Source of the DNA: a virus
Taxonomy: Duplodnaviria > Caudoviricetes
IMG/VR virus record: IMGVR_UViG_3300019872_000003
Coordinates: 1-56,999 of that record
Direction: 5' to 3' (one strand)
DNA: 56,999 nt
Shown: positions 8,704 to 17,387 of the stretch, in pieces
Position numbering within the stretch: the first letter of the stretch is position 1
Layout of the letters: each line of letters opens with the position of its first letter
Position numbers and translations under genes: made by a program
The notes under the pieces: model-generated
Told to the model about the DNA's origin: nothing
The model's input: the letters and a program-made list of their open reading frames with translations, nothing else
Database searches by the model: none

Positions 8704-8957
8704 CACTCCCACCACATCGAGGTGACCTCGTAGTCGCACTCGTCGACGTCGTCGCCGAGGAGGTACACGATCACGAAGGCAACGGCCGGAAAGGGAACAC
8801 CCGTCATGCACAGGCCCATCACCTTGCCGTGCCAGTTCGGCTCTTCTACCCACTCCACGATCTTGTCCTCGAGGAGTGAGGCGATCCGATCCTTCGTCTC
8901 GCCGTCGGCCTGACGCTCGATGACCGCCTGCGCGCGCTCCGCCAGGGTCGCCATCAC
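8703..8957 (-). CDS. Hypothetical protein
   Basis: Tight overlaps with neighbours, phage-like codon usage. Confidence 0.55.
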   Translation of the reverse strand: MMATLAERAQAVIERQADGETKDRIASLLEDKIVEWVEEPNWHGKVMGLCMTGVPFPAVAFVIVYLLGDDVDECDYEVTSMWWE

Positions 8958-9175
8958 GCACCAGCCTTACGGGCGCAAGGTGCAACCTCGAACCAATCGT
9001 CCGGGTGCACGCCGGCCATGTGCTCGCTGGTGTCGAACGGGTGAACATTGTCCAGCTTCGCTTCGTGGCCGCAGCCCGCCTTGTGAATCGCCGTCGCACC
9101 TGTCCGCCTGTCGTAGCCGAGGGTGATCGACGCAGCCTTCACCTCGTGGGCGAAACACTGGCTCCATGCCTTCAT
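8954..9175 (-). CDS. Hypothetical protein (HxxxCxH...PC)
   Basis: First gene after the 9210-9264 promoter; GACGGAAGGA RBS. Confidence 0.6.
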   Translation of the reverse strand: MKAWSQCFAHEVKAASITLGYDRRTGATAIHKAGCGHEAKLDNVHPFDTSEHMAGVHPDDWFEVAPCARKAGA

Positions 9176-9209
9176 CGTTCTGTCCTTCCGTCGTTGTGCT
9201 GATGAGAAG

Positions 9210-9264
9210 AATCTACAAGGCGACGGGAGGCGTGTCAATAGGTTCTTTCAAGATTCTTTAGAGA
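9210..9264 (-). promoter_or_regulatory. SigA-type promoter with conserved upstream box (copy 2)
   Basis: TTGACA(9238-9233)-17nt-TAGATT(9215-9210), with the same TCTCTAAAGAATCTTG box. Confidence 0.8.
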
Positions 9265-9282
9265 ATCGAAAGCTACGTTCGA

Positions 9283-10719
9283 TTACTTCAAGATCGCGAC
9301 GTAATCGTTCGTGACGTCTACTACGTACTCGCGCGGGTGCTCGCCGTACTTGATCCCGAGTTTCTTGTTGTGCACGGCCAGCGGAACCCCGGTCAACGGA
9401 CCAGGCTTGCCCTCGACTGATCGCTTCGCCCAGTGCGCGATCCAACGTCCAGCCTGGACGGGCACGCCCTTGCCCCAGCCAGTGCCTAGGTCGCCGGCGT
9501 CGCGCACAGGCCAGATCTTCCAGGCATCGGGGAAGCCCTGCACCCGAGCGACTTCACGCTGCGTCAGTGTGCGACCGAGGTGCGGGTGCAGCACGAGGTG
9601 CACACCTCCGCCTGTGACGACACGGGCAGGACGATCCCAGTACCATCTGCTGATCTGATTGTGACCCATGGCGAAGTTAGTATCGCGCAGGCGCTGCCAC
9701 TTCGGCAGACCGCGCATCAGTGGCTTCTGATTCCCGTGACGATCGAGGTTGTCCGTCATCACAGGCTCGCCGTTGTCGTCGTATACGGCCTCCTGTGTTT
9801 CGTAATCCCAACCGGGCGGGAGCTTGTTGTACTTCTCGTAGTGACGACGCAGGACGGTGCCGATGCTGTCTCCTTCAGGCCAGTCCCCATCCATCGCTAG
9901 GATCAGCTCCTGAGCTCGGTCGAGCGATGGTGAACGGCAGACCTCGTGTCCGTCGACGATACCCGTACCGTCGTGGATCGTCTCACGGCACCACCGGCTG
10001 CTGTTCATCACCGTGATGAGACCGCGCTCCGAGCACTTGCACTCCCACGTCTCCGTCGACGTGAACGGCTCCGGACGGCAGGGATGCGTGACGGATCTGT
10101 ACGGCTGCGCCAGCATCGTGAGACCGAGCGGCTCGAGATCACGCAGTGCGTCGCCGAACGTTGGCACGTAGTCGAGCTTGTGGTGGTCGACGCCAAACGG
10201 GATGCGGGCGCAGACGAAGAAGAAGCGCTTGCGGATTGACACTCCTCCGACCGATGCGTTGTTGTGCAGCACGTGGTAGATGGTGTAGGTCTCTCCGGCC
10301 AGTTCCTCCAGGAGAGCGTGCAGCTTCCGCATGAGCGGGATCCCCTGCGTGAACGCCTGCTGGACGGACTCGAAGATCACGAGCTCAGGACCCACCTTGC
10401 CGGCATATCGGATGAGCTCCCACATGTAGTCATTGATCTTCGAATCCGTACCGCGGAACGCCTTGGGGGACAGCGTGCTGAACCCACTGCACGGCGGGTT
10501 GCCGAACACCAGCTGCGCCTTGCCGCCTTCAAGCTGGTCCCAGTCCTGCGTCGCTGCTGTGATGCTGTCCCAGTTCTCGCCGAGGAGAGGACGGTTCGCC
10601 AGTGTGTTGAGCACGCCGAACCCAACCTCACGTGACACCTTCTTCTCGAGCTCCCAACCCGCCTGCACAGCGCCGAGTGTGAAGCCACCCCCGAACCCAT
10701 GCACATCGATCGCTTTCAC
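9283..10719 (-). CDS. C5-cytosine DNA methyltransferase homologue with altered cofactor pocket (candidate carboxymethyltransferase)
   Basis: Motif I VHGFGGG, IV GNPPCSGFS, VI FESV, VIII IRKRFF, IX RTLTQREVARVQGFPD, X GKGVP. Confidence 0.88.
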   Translation of the reverse strand: MKAIDVHGFGGGFTLGAVQAGWELEKKVSREVGFGVLNTLANRPLLGENWDSITAATQDWDQLEGGKAQLVFGNPPCSGFSTLSPKAFRGTDSKINDYMWELIRYAGKVGPELVIFESVQQAFTQGIPLMRKLHALLEELAGETYTIYHVLHNNASVGGVSIRKRFFFVCARIPFGVDHHKLDYVPTFGDALRDLEPLGLTMLAQPYRSVTHPCRPEPFTSTETWECKCSERGLITVMNSSRWCRETIHDGTGIVDGHEVCRSPSLDRAQELILAMDGDWPEGDSIGTVLRRHYEKYNKLPPGWDYETQEAVYDDNGEPVMTDNLDRHGNQKPLMRGLPKWQRLRDTNFAMGHNQISRWYWDRPARVVTGGGVHLVLHPHLGRTLTQREVARVQGFPDAWKIWPVRDAGDLGTGWGKGVPVQAGRWIAHWAKRSVEGKPGPLTGVPLAVHNKKLGIKYGEHPREYVVDVTNDYVAILK

Positions 10720-11210
10720 GATGGGACCGTGATGTTGAAGTCGCCGTTTTCCATGCAGTTGCCGCGGTGTGAGATCGGCACGTCATCTGCGTAGATGGTG
10801 AAGTAGGCGCACCCAGTGCCGTCGTCGTCGAGTGCACGATGGCATGACGGGCACTTGTCCGTCACACCGTCGTAACCGTCCGCCTGGCGCTTCGCGTTCT
10901 TGGCCCACTTGGCTGCGTAGCGTTCCGTCAGCTCGATGCCATCCATACCTGCGACGATGCAGAGGTTCATGAAGAAGTGGAAAGCGTCGATGAGCTCGCC
11001 CTTGAATGCATCCTCGTTCACGTGACGGCTAGTCGCCCACGGCTTCCATCCCGTCTCAGCCAACGCCTCGTGCAGCTCGTCCTCGAGCGCCAAGACGTTC
11101 CACCTGATGAACTCGATGCGCGCCTCACCCTCGAGGTCGGCAGGCGATAGCTTGTACGATGCGACCTGCAGTGCGTTCTGCATCTTGATGAGATCAGAGA
11201 TGTCAGCCAT
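10716..11210 (-). CDS. Dimeric all-alpha dUTPase/dCTPase (T4 gp56-like) with C-terminal Cys cluster
   Basis: EDELHEAL..WKPW..ELIDAFHFF..K..KN..RQ..GY. Confidence 0.85.
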   Translation of the reverse strand: MADISDLIKMQNALQVASYKLSPADLEGEARIEFIRWNVLALEDELHEALAETGWKPWATSRHVNEDAFKGELIDAFHFFMNLCIVAGMDGIELTERYAAKWAKNAKRQADGYDGVTDKCPSCHRALDDDGTGCAYFTIYADDVPISHRGNCMENGDFNITVPS

Positions 11211-11763
11211 ACAGTGTTCCTCCTAGGTGGTACGACTTGAGTTCGTCGCGTGAGCGGGTGTCTGCAATGTCACAGGTGATGAGGCTGAGCCATGCGAGTT
11301 GCGCAGCCATCGACGCAGACGGGATTGTACCGTGCATCGAGCCGTCGTTTGCCACGTACGTCAGCGTCATCGCTGTCGCTTTCGTCAGCGAGTTGCCAGC
11401 CCTGCCGGCGGTGATGGCAAGCTTGAACACCTTCTGATGAGAAGCTGCGACAGCCATGAGAGTCTCATGCGTTTCGCCTGAGTGCGAGATGGCGATGAGC
11501 GTCGACCCGTGGAAGAGCGTCGGACCGAACATGCCTCCGTCGCCGTGCAGCATGTCGGTTGCGTGAATGGCATGCGCGGCAATCCCGACTGACCTGAGTA
11601 GCGCTGCTCCGTCGCGTGCGACCTCATACGACTTGCCGACTCCGGTCAGAGCGACCGCGTGCGCGTCCCTCAGCTCTCGCTGAAGCACCTGGCGAACGGT
11701 CGGGTTGGCTCGGGCACGGACGGACTCGACCGCGTTGACAATGTCCTGTAGCACGTCATCCAT
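11203..11763 (-). CDS. Single-SIS-domain sugar-phosphate isomerase, KdsD/GutQ (arabinose-5-phosphate isomerase)-like
   Basis: TGVGKS, DMLHGDGG (cf. EAxHGDLG), ISHSGET, C-terminal HLGGTL (cf. HPGGxL). Confidence 0.85.
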   Translation of the reverse strand: MDDVLQDIVNAVESVRARANPTVRQVLQRELRDAHAVALTGVGKSYEVARDGAALLRSVGIAAHAIHATDMLHGDGGMFGPTLFHGSTLIAISHSGETHETLMAVAASHQKVFKLAITAGRAGNSLTKATAMTLTYVANDGSMHGTIPSASMAAQLAWLSLITCDIADTRSRDELKSYHLGGTLYG

Positions 11764-13226
11764 CAGAGATCCATGAGCATGTCGTTGGCTACGAAGAACA
11801 TCGCCTTCGCCTGCCGATCGTCGTGCATCGGGCAGGCGGCTAAGAGCGTGAGCGCAACGGCTGCACTTAGACGACGATCGCTGATGTACGTGCGCAGGAC
11901 CGACCACACAGCTTCGATCTCCGCTGGACGGTACGGCAGGATGTGGTTGACGCCAGCGAACAGGTCGTGCGTGATGGCGGAGAAGATGGGACTGTACGCC
12001 AGCTTCGCATACTCATACGACTGCGGAACGATGCCACCTCGAGGATCGATGAGTGTGCATGCGTTCGTGTTCAGTGAGTACAAGATGTTGTTGAAGTTCA
12101 GGTCACCGTGCCCGTTGACCCACAGGTCGTCGCCGATGATGTCGCCCGCCTTCTCGATGCGGTCCGTCAGGATCGGCGTGAGGAGCGAAGCGTCCCACTT
12201 GCGGATGCGGGCCAACGCCTTGCCGACATAGAACTCCCACACCAGCTCGGGCTCGCTTGTCGTTTCCGTCGTCCACAGGTCTCGTTGCACACGATCGACA
12301 ACCGACTGCACGATCCCAGCCCACGTGTTAGGACGTCCAGGCCAGTACAGCCAGAGCTCAGCGAGACTCGGTAGGTCGACGTACTGCATCGTGTAGGAGT
12401 CGTCAGTGAAGTCATACACCTGGGGGAACAGCGAAACCCTGCCACGTGCACCGTACAGCGTCGCCATGTACGCGAGCTCATCCGTTGACACGCCAGACTT
12501 CGTGATCGTGCCGTCATCATTGAGCGTCAGCGTGTGGTGCGCACGTGCGATGAACTTGTCACGACGCGCTCTGCCTAGTGCGAGGACATCGCCGACGTCC
12601 TGCCACGTGTTGAAGAAGTACTGCATCCGCGTGCCGTATGCGTTCAAGAACGGCGCCATGCCGATCTCAATGTCCTGCCTGCTCCGACCCGCCCACAGCG
12701 CTGTCGATGCAGCGGCATGCACCTTGTCGATGTCGTTGAAGTGGTAGATGCCGATGGTGACGCGATCGTCAGGACCGGGTATGCCGTCTACGTACTTGAG
12801 GACGTTCGCATCGTAGAAACACCATGACCTTGCGACGTCAGGCGTACGACCGACACCAACCCACTCGTCCTCGGTGCCGAACTCCTCGTTGATGACGGTG
12901 TCCGACATCAGTACGACGAGTCCCTTCTCACCATCACGAGGCAGTTCGTTCAGACCAGTCAGCAGTGCATCCACTGGGCCAGCTGGCGTCGCTTGTACGG
13001 CCAGGCCGACGTTGTGCAGTCCAGCTCGACGGATGACGTCACCAACCTGTCGGTGTGTCTCAGGACTCGTCACGACAACAATGTCCTCGCACCCCGCTCG
13101 TTCGAGAGCGAAGCACTGGTTGATGACCTGCGGTCGTGATCCGACAGACACGAGTGCCTTCGAGATCTGTGCGGCCAACGGACCGAGGCGTGTGCCTCGA
13201 CCGCCGGCCAGGATAATGCCCTTCAC
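11763..13226 (-). CDS. Sugar-1-phosphate nucleotidyltransferase fused to an APH/choline-kinase-like kinase
   Basis: IILAGGRGTRL..SKAL..WQDVG at the N-terminus; HGDLNFNNIL..LIDPRG at the C-terminus; GTG start overlaps the upstream stop. Confidence 0.85.
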   Translation of the reverse strand: MKGIILAGGRGTRLGPLAAQISKALVSVGSRPQVINQCFALERAGCEDIVVVTSPETHRQVGDVIRRAGLHNVGLAVQATPAGPVDALLTGLNELPRDGEKGLVVLMSDTVINEEFGTEDEWVGVGRTPDVARSWCFYDANVLKYVDGIPGPDDRVTIGIYHFNDIDKVHAAASTALWAGRSRQDIEIGMAPFLNAYGTRMQYFFNTWQDVGDVLALGRARRDKFIARAHHTLTLNDDGTITKSGVSTDELAYMATLYGARGRVSLFPQVYDFTDDSYTMQYVDLPSLAELWLYWPGRPNTWAGIVQSVVDRVQRDLWTTETTSEPELVWEFYVGKALARIRKWDASLLTPILTDRIEKAGDIIGDDLWVNGHGDLNFNNILYSLNTNACTLIDPRGGIVPQSYEYAKLAYSPIFSAITHDLFAGVNHILPYRPAEIEAVWSVLRTYISDRRLSAAVALTLLAACPMHDDRQAKAMFFVANDMLMDL

Positions 13227-14527
13227 AGTCCTAGCCTCTTCTCGATGGTGGTGATGCACCGCTGCTTGTGAAGCTCGTCCTTGAGCAGATTTGTCTGTGC
13301 TTGCTGCAGTGCCATGAAGGTGTCGCGATCCTCGTTCAGGAGGTCCACCCTCTGCTTCAGTTCTTCAGGAGTCCGAACGCGAAGCCATGCGGCCAGCCAT
13401 CCATCTTCCGTGTTGGGATCGTGCTCACCGAGCTTCGGAACGATGTGCCCTTGGGTGTCGTACAGTGGGTGGAAGAAACAGATGGTACCAGCGGCGAACG
13501 ACTCCCATGGCTTCGCTGTTGCCCAGCCCGATCCAGACGACGGCGTGGTGAAGGTCGACTTCACCGTGGAGACCTTGCCGTTCAGCTGGTCGTACGCGAG
13601 CGGACGAATGTCCATCTCGAGCTTCGCAAGCGAGTCCTTGCTCCACGTACCGTACACCCACGACGGATCGAGTGGTTTGATGTAACGCTGCATGGCGTCG
13701 AGCCTTGTGAGCTCGGGCTTCATGCCGTAGCCGCGTGCCTCGTTGATGATGACCCCGAACTTGTCGCGGTCCTCCCAACTGAGCCAGTCATCGTCCGACT
13801 CTTCGATGCCGACCAGCTCGAGACCTGATGCGATGTACCTATCCTTCGAGACCCACAGCCCGTCCTTCACGACCAGGTCGCCGAAGCCTGTCTCCTGCGG
13901 AGTGCGCGTGTCGCCGTATCGTTCGCACGACTGCACACGCTCCCAGTCGAACTGACTCAGGATCGGGTGCCGCCTCGGCCACTTGAAGTCCCGCGCCTTG
14001 ATGTAGTTGCGGACGTCCGGGTCGAGCCAGATCTCTTCACGGTTCACGGGATCGTTGCGCCGCCAGAAGTTGACGCCGCGCACGAGGTGCGACCCGTAGT
14101 GCACCTGGGAGATCTGGCTCTTCGTGTAGACGCTCCGGTCGCTGACTTTTGGGATCGGAGAGTTGCTCGTCCCGTGCTGTCCGCACCAGACGATCATGCC
14201 GTCGATCGTGTCGTACGACTTCATGATGAGGTCGTCGTAGAACGACACGGACCAGTAGTAGGTCTCAATGGACTGATCCTCAACACGGTACAAGCGCTGG
14301 GCGTGCTCACGGATGTACGGGATCCACTCTTGCCAGGGGTTCTCGATGTTCGGCAGAGGAGGCACCCAGCCCGAGTTGCGACCGAGCACGACCCACATAA
14401 CATCGGGGTGTCGCCTGGCGAGAGTGAGGAGGAGAGCGGGCGGCTCATTGTCGCCGCCCGACTCTCCCCACTTCGCCGGGTCAACCTCGATCACTCGACC
14501 GATCTTGCCGTACCCGACGCGCCGCAT
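13223..14527 (-). CDS. GT-B glycosyltransferase, T4 beta-glucosyltransferase-like (candidate DNA glycosyltransferase)
   Basis: The C-terminal ATAKPWESFAAGTICFFHPLYDTQGHI...VRTPEELKQRVDLL segment parallels the T4 BGT C-terminus as I recall it. Start ATG at 14527. Confidence 0.7.
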   Translation of the reverse strand: MRRVGYGKIGRVIEVDPAKWGESGGDNEPPALLLTLARRHPDVMWVVLGRNSGWVPPLPNIENPWQEWIPYIREHAQRLYRVEDQSIETYYWSVSFYDDLIMKSYDTIDGMIVWCGQHGTSNSPIPKVSDRSVYTKSQISQVHYGSHLVRGVNFWRRNDPVNREEIWLDPDVRNYIKARDFKWPRRHPILSQFDWERVQSCERYGDTRTPQETGFGDLVVKDGLWVSKDRYIASGLELVGIEESDDDWLSWEDRDKFGVIINEARGYGMKPELTRLDAMQRYIKPLDPSWVYGTWSKDSLAKLEMDIRPLAYDQLNGKVSTVKSTFTTPSSGSGWATAKPWESFAAGTICFFHPLYDTQGHIVPKLGEHDPNTEDGWLAAWLRVRTPEELKQRVDLLNEDRDTFMALQQAQTNLLKDELHKQRCITTIEKRLGL

Positions 14528-14528
14528 C

Positions 14529-15323
14529 TTAGAAGGGAGACGCGGGAGGGAGCGGAACACCAGCCGGGGCGGCGGGTGCAGGAGGCGCCTCGACGGGCGC
14601 GACGGGGGCAGCAGCGAGTGCCGCCTGCTGAGCCTGCCACGCAGCGAACTGCGCGGCCTGGTCGTCAGGAATCGCAGGCGCTGCGGCCGGAACCAGCGGA
14701 GTCGGATCCTGAACCGGCGGTGCGGGCGGAATCGGAGGTGCGACAGGGGGCGCTGGCGGTGCAGCAACGGGCGGCGCTGGTGGTACTACCGGGGCTGCAG
14801 GAGCAACCGGCGGCGCTGCCTGGGGAACCACGGAGGGAGCGGGAGGAACCGCGCCGGGGCCAGGGATCGACGGAGCGGCGCCGATACCGGCGACAGCGCC
14901 CGCGATGACGCCAGCACCGGCCGGCGAGAGCGACTTGACGTTCTCCCGCATCTGACCCTGGTACGCACGGTGGTCGATCGCCACGTGGCAGGTCTTGCCC
15001 ACGAGCGACTGTGCCACCAGCTGCGGTGCGGGGTTGGACGCGAAGAAGGTCTCGTCGAGACCCATCGCCTTCATGTTCAAGAAGAACATGCGGAGGGTGT
15101 TGGCGTTGTCTGCCGTGAGGACGATGTTGTTGTAGATCGTGCGTCCGTGCTGCGGACCGCCACTGATCTTGTACTTCACCTTCCACATCGGCTTGCCGGT
15201 CGAGGACGGCTTGTACTCCGCGGTCTCGACGAACACGTCGTAGTCACCGACCGGAACCGGCTCGAACGACAACGAGCCGACACCCTGAAGGAGTGACCCG
15301 AAGTTGACTGGCTGCTCTGACAT
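14529..15323 (-). CDS. ssDNA-binding protein (DUF669-like) with Pro/Ala-rich tail
   Basis: FEPVPVGDY..SSTGKPM; C-terminal PF; sits next to a Sak4-like ATPase. Confidence 0.8.
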   Translation of the reverse strand: MSEQPVNFGSLLQGVGSLSFEPVPVGDYDVFVETAEYKPSSTGKPMWKVKYKISGGPQHGRTIYNNIVLTADNANTLRMFFLNMKAMGLDETFFASNPAPQLVAQSLVGKTCHVAIDHRAYQGQMRENVKSLSPAGAGVIAGAVAGIGAAPSIPGPGAVPPAPSVVPQAAPPVAPAAPVVPPAPPVAAPPAPPVAPPIPPAPPVQDPTPLVPAAAPAIPDDQAAQFAAWQAQQAALAAAPVAPVEAPPAPAAPAGVPLPPASPF

Positions 15324-15337
15324 GTGTGCGTCCCTTT

Positions 15338-16069
15338 CTAGGACTCTGGACCGAAGACTGCTGTGAGCATGCCCGGTACCGATGGGTCGATCACGACGTC
15401 GCCGAGGCGACCTTGCACTCGTTCACCAGCCTCGAACTGAGGGTGAGGTACGACGAGCATCTTGCGTGACACGATCGGCTGCGCCGTCGGGTCGTCCTGC
15501 ACTACGGCTTCCACGTACAGGTAGCCGATGACGTCCAGGAAGTAGGGGAGCTTCGTCATCAGTGCGCCCTGCACGTACGGGCGCCACTTGCCATCACGCA
15601 TGACGGTCATGGCCGTGATGACGATCGCTTCGATCGGATGGATGGGGTGCTCGGTCAGATCACGGAACCCTCGGATGAGACGCTCCATGTGAACGAGCAA
15701 CTCGCCCCAACGCTGCTGCGTCATCTCGATGTCCATGCCCGTAATCTGATCCTTGCACTTGACCTGCAGCTCGGTGATGCTGTCGATCACGACAGACCTA
15801 AACGGATGCTGCCCGCTCGCAAGCCACTCATACGCCCGCAGCATCACGGAGTAGTCACGGACAAGAACGACGCACGTCTCCCACGATCCGTCGTAGGTCG
15901 GAGGCGCCTCTTTCATCGGGTCCCAGAAGACCTTGACGCCAGGCAGGAACCGATATGCAGCCTCGACGTCCAGCAGGAGTCGAGGTGCGGGCGTGGTGTT
16001 GCCGAAGGTCGACTTGCCGACCTTTGTGTCCGCATGCACCAGGATGGAGAGTGCCCGGCACTGAGCCAT
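15338..16069 (-). CDS. AAA_24 / Sak4-like ATPase (single-strand annealing)
   Basis: HADTKVGKST Walker A, VVIDSITE Walker B. Confidence 0.8.
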   Translation of the reverse strand: MAQCRALSILVHADTKVGKSTFGNTTPAPRLLLDVEAAYRFLPGVKVFWDPMKEAPPTYDGSWETCVVLVRDYSVMLRAYEWLASGQHPFRSVVIDSITELQVKCKDQITGMDIEMTQQRWGELLVHMERLIRGFRDLTEHPIHPIEAIVITAMTVMRDGKWRPYVQGALMTKLPYFLDVIGYLYVEAVVQDDPTAQPIVSRKMLVVPHPQFEAGERVQGRLGDVVIDPSVPGMLTAVFGPES

Positions 16070-16410
16070 CAGATGCTGCTCACAGCACTGATGCGGTGCG
16101 TGTCGATGCGGACGTTCTCCGGGGCGATGCCGAACTTGGTCGCGAGCATCGACTCGGCGTCATCGGCGTTCGCGCCCTTGGCGTGATAGCTCAGGTCGAG
16201 CTCCAGCCAGCTGGCACCACGTGCGGTGACGACGACGTTCCAGCGCTTGTTCCGCTTGATGTCGTCGACGTATGTCAGCGGGTCGAGCTTGTCGCTGAAT
16301 GGAACGACAGCCGCGCCTTCCCACATCTGGTCGATCTTCACGCGCTTCTTACCCTGCGACTCCGCCTCGAGCTCGGCGATGTACGCAGGCAGATCATCAT
16401 GACGGGTCAT
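16069..16410 (-). CDS. Hypothetical protein
   Basis: ATGA overlap with the upstream exonuclease; starts MTRHDDLPAY. Confidence 0.6.
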   Translation of the reverse strand: MTRHDDLPAYIAELEAESQGKKRVKIDQMWEGAAVVPFSDKLDPLTYVDDIKRNKRWNVVVTARGASWLELDLSYHAKGANADDAESMLATKFGIAPENVRIDTHRISAVSSI

Positions 16411-17387
16411 GACGCTTCCACCTTTCCTTCGTCCTCTTCGTGATACCGCTCGTGGGGATCCACGTGCGTGTAGTACTCGTTGAGCAGTCCCTCCCAATCG
16501 CTTCCATCGTCCATCATCGAGCACATGGCGAAGAAGTCGCAGGACCACGTGCAGTCCCGTGAAGGTCGGGGCGGGCAGACGTACTGGTGATCTGCACCGA
16601 CGTCGAGACCCTGTCGGGTCTCCACGATCTCCTCGAGGATCTTGTGCACGCGTACCCACATGTTTTGGATCTCGGTGCGGTTGTGTCGGACCTCGAGACG
16701 TCCGTAGAACGGTGGCTTGGCGGCCGCTGTACGCTTCACCTTGCGGAGCATGTTGTACAGCCCGCCGTCAGTGTGCCACGGTGGCTCGTCGTTGCCCGTC
16801 TGATACAGCGAGTCCAGTCGTTCGAGCAGGTGGTAGAACTTCATCTGCTCGTCCATGGGCAGGATCTTGGCGGGCTCGGTCAGCGATGCAACAGTCTTGT
16901 GATCCAAGAAGAGTCGAGCGTTGTCCGACTTACGAACGACGCGCTGGTCGAGCTTGCCGCGCATCCGCACACCCTCGACCTTGGACGGAACATCGATGAC
17001 GGTCTCGACTGCCACCACTTCGATGCCCTCGTCCGAGCCTGTCTCTTCGAGCCAGTCGGTGTAGCCTTCGAGCATGGCGACCGCCATGAGCTGTTCCTTC
17101 CGCAGCTCCACGATGTCTGCGGCTCGTCCCTCAGCCTCGAGTGCGTCGGCGTCGAGCTGGTACACGTTGTTCACAACGTCCACCGGATTGAGACCCTCGC
17201 CGTACATGGCCTGCAGTGCGATGTGCACACGAGTCCCGAGCTCTCGTGCGCCGGTTGCACGTGCACCCGAACGCTTGAGACCCTTCTCTCGGTAGTAGGC
17301 GAGGTACCACTTGCGTCGGCAACTCTTGAACGTCTGGATCTCGCTGTTGCTGACCGTGAGCGGCTGACCTAGCCAGATGGCTGTCAC
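16407..17387 (-). CDS. PD-(D/E)XK RecB/Cas4-like exonuclease
   Basis: SNSEIQTFKSCRRKW, GTRVH, GKLD..LDHKT, C-terminal C..SC...C (4-Cys cluster). Confidence 0.85.
   Translation of the reverse strand: MTAIWLGQPLTVSNSEIQTFKSCRRKWYLAYYREKGLKRSGARATGARELGTRVHIALQAMYGEGLNPVDVVNNVYQLDADALEAEGRAADIVELRKEQLMAVAMLEGYTDWLEETGSDEGIEVVAVETVIDVPSKVEGVRMRGKLDQRVVRKSDNARLFLDHKTVASLTEPAKILPMDEQMKFYHLLERLDSLYQTGNDEPPWHTDGGLYNMLRKVKRTAAAKPPFYGRLEVRHNRTEIQNMWVRVHKILEEIVETRQGLDVGADHQYVCPPRPSRDCTWSCDFFAMCSMMDDGSDWEGLLNEYYTHVDPHERYHEEDEGKVEAS

Noticed and set aside
14527-14767. Extended N-termini in the ORF track (e.g. 14767, 13259, 11907, 17612, 22784, 9099)
   Set aside because: They overlap upstream genes; downstream starts with stop/start coupling fit better.
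16407-17387. Cas4-like gene as evidence of CRISPR
   Set aside because: No array or other cas genes; it sits in a standard exonuclease-Sak4-SSB recombination module.
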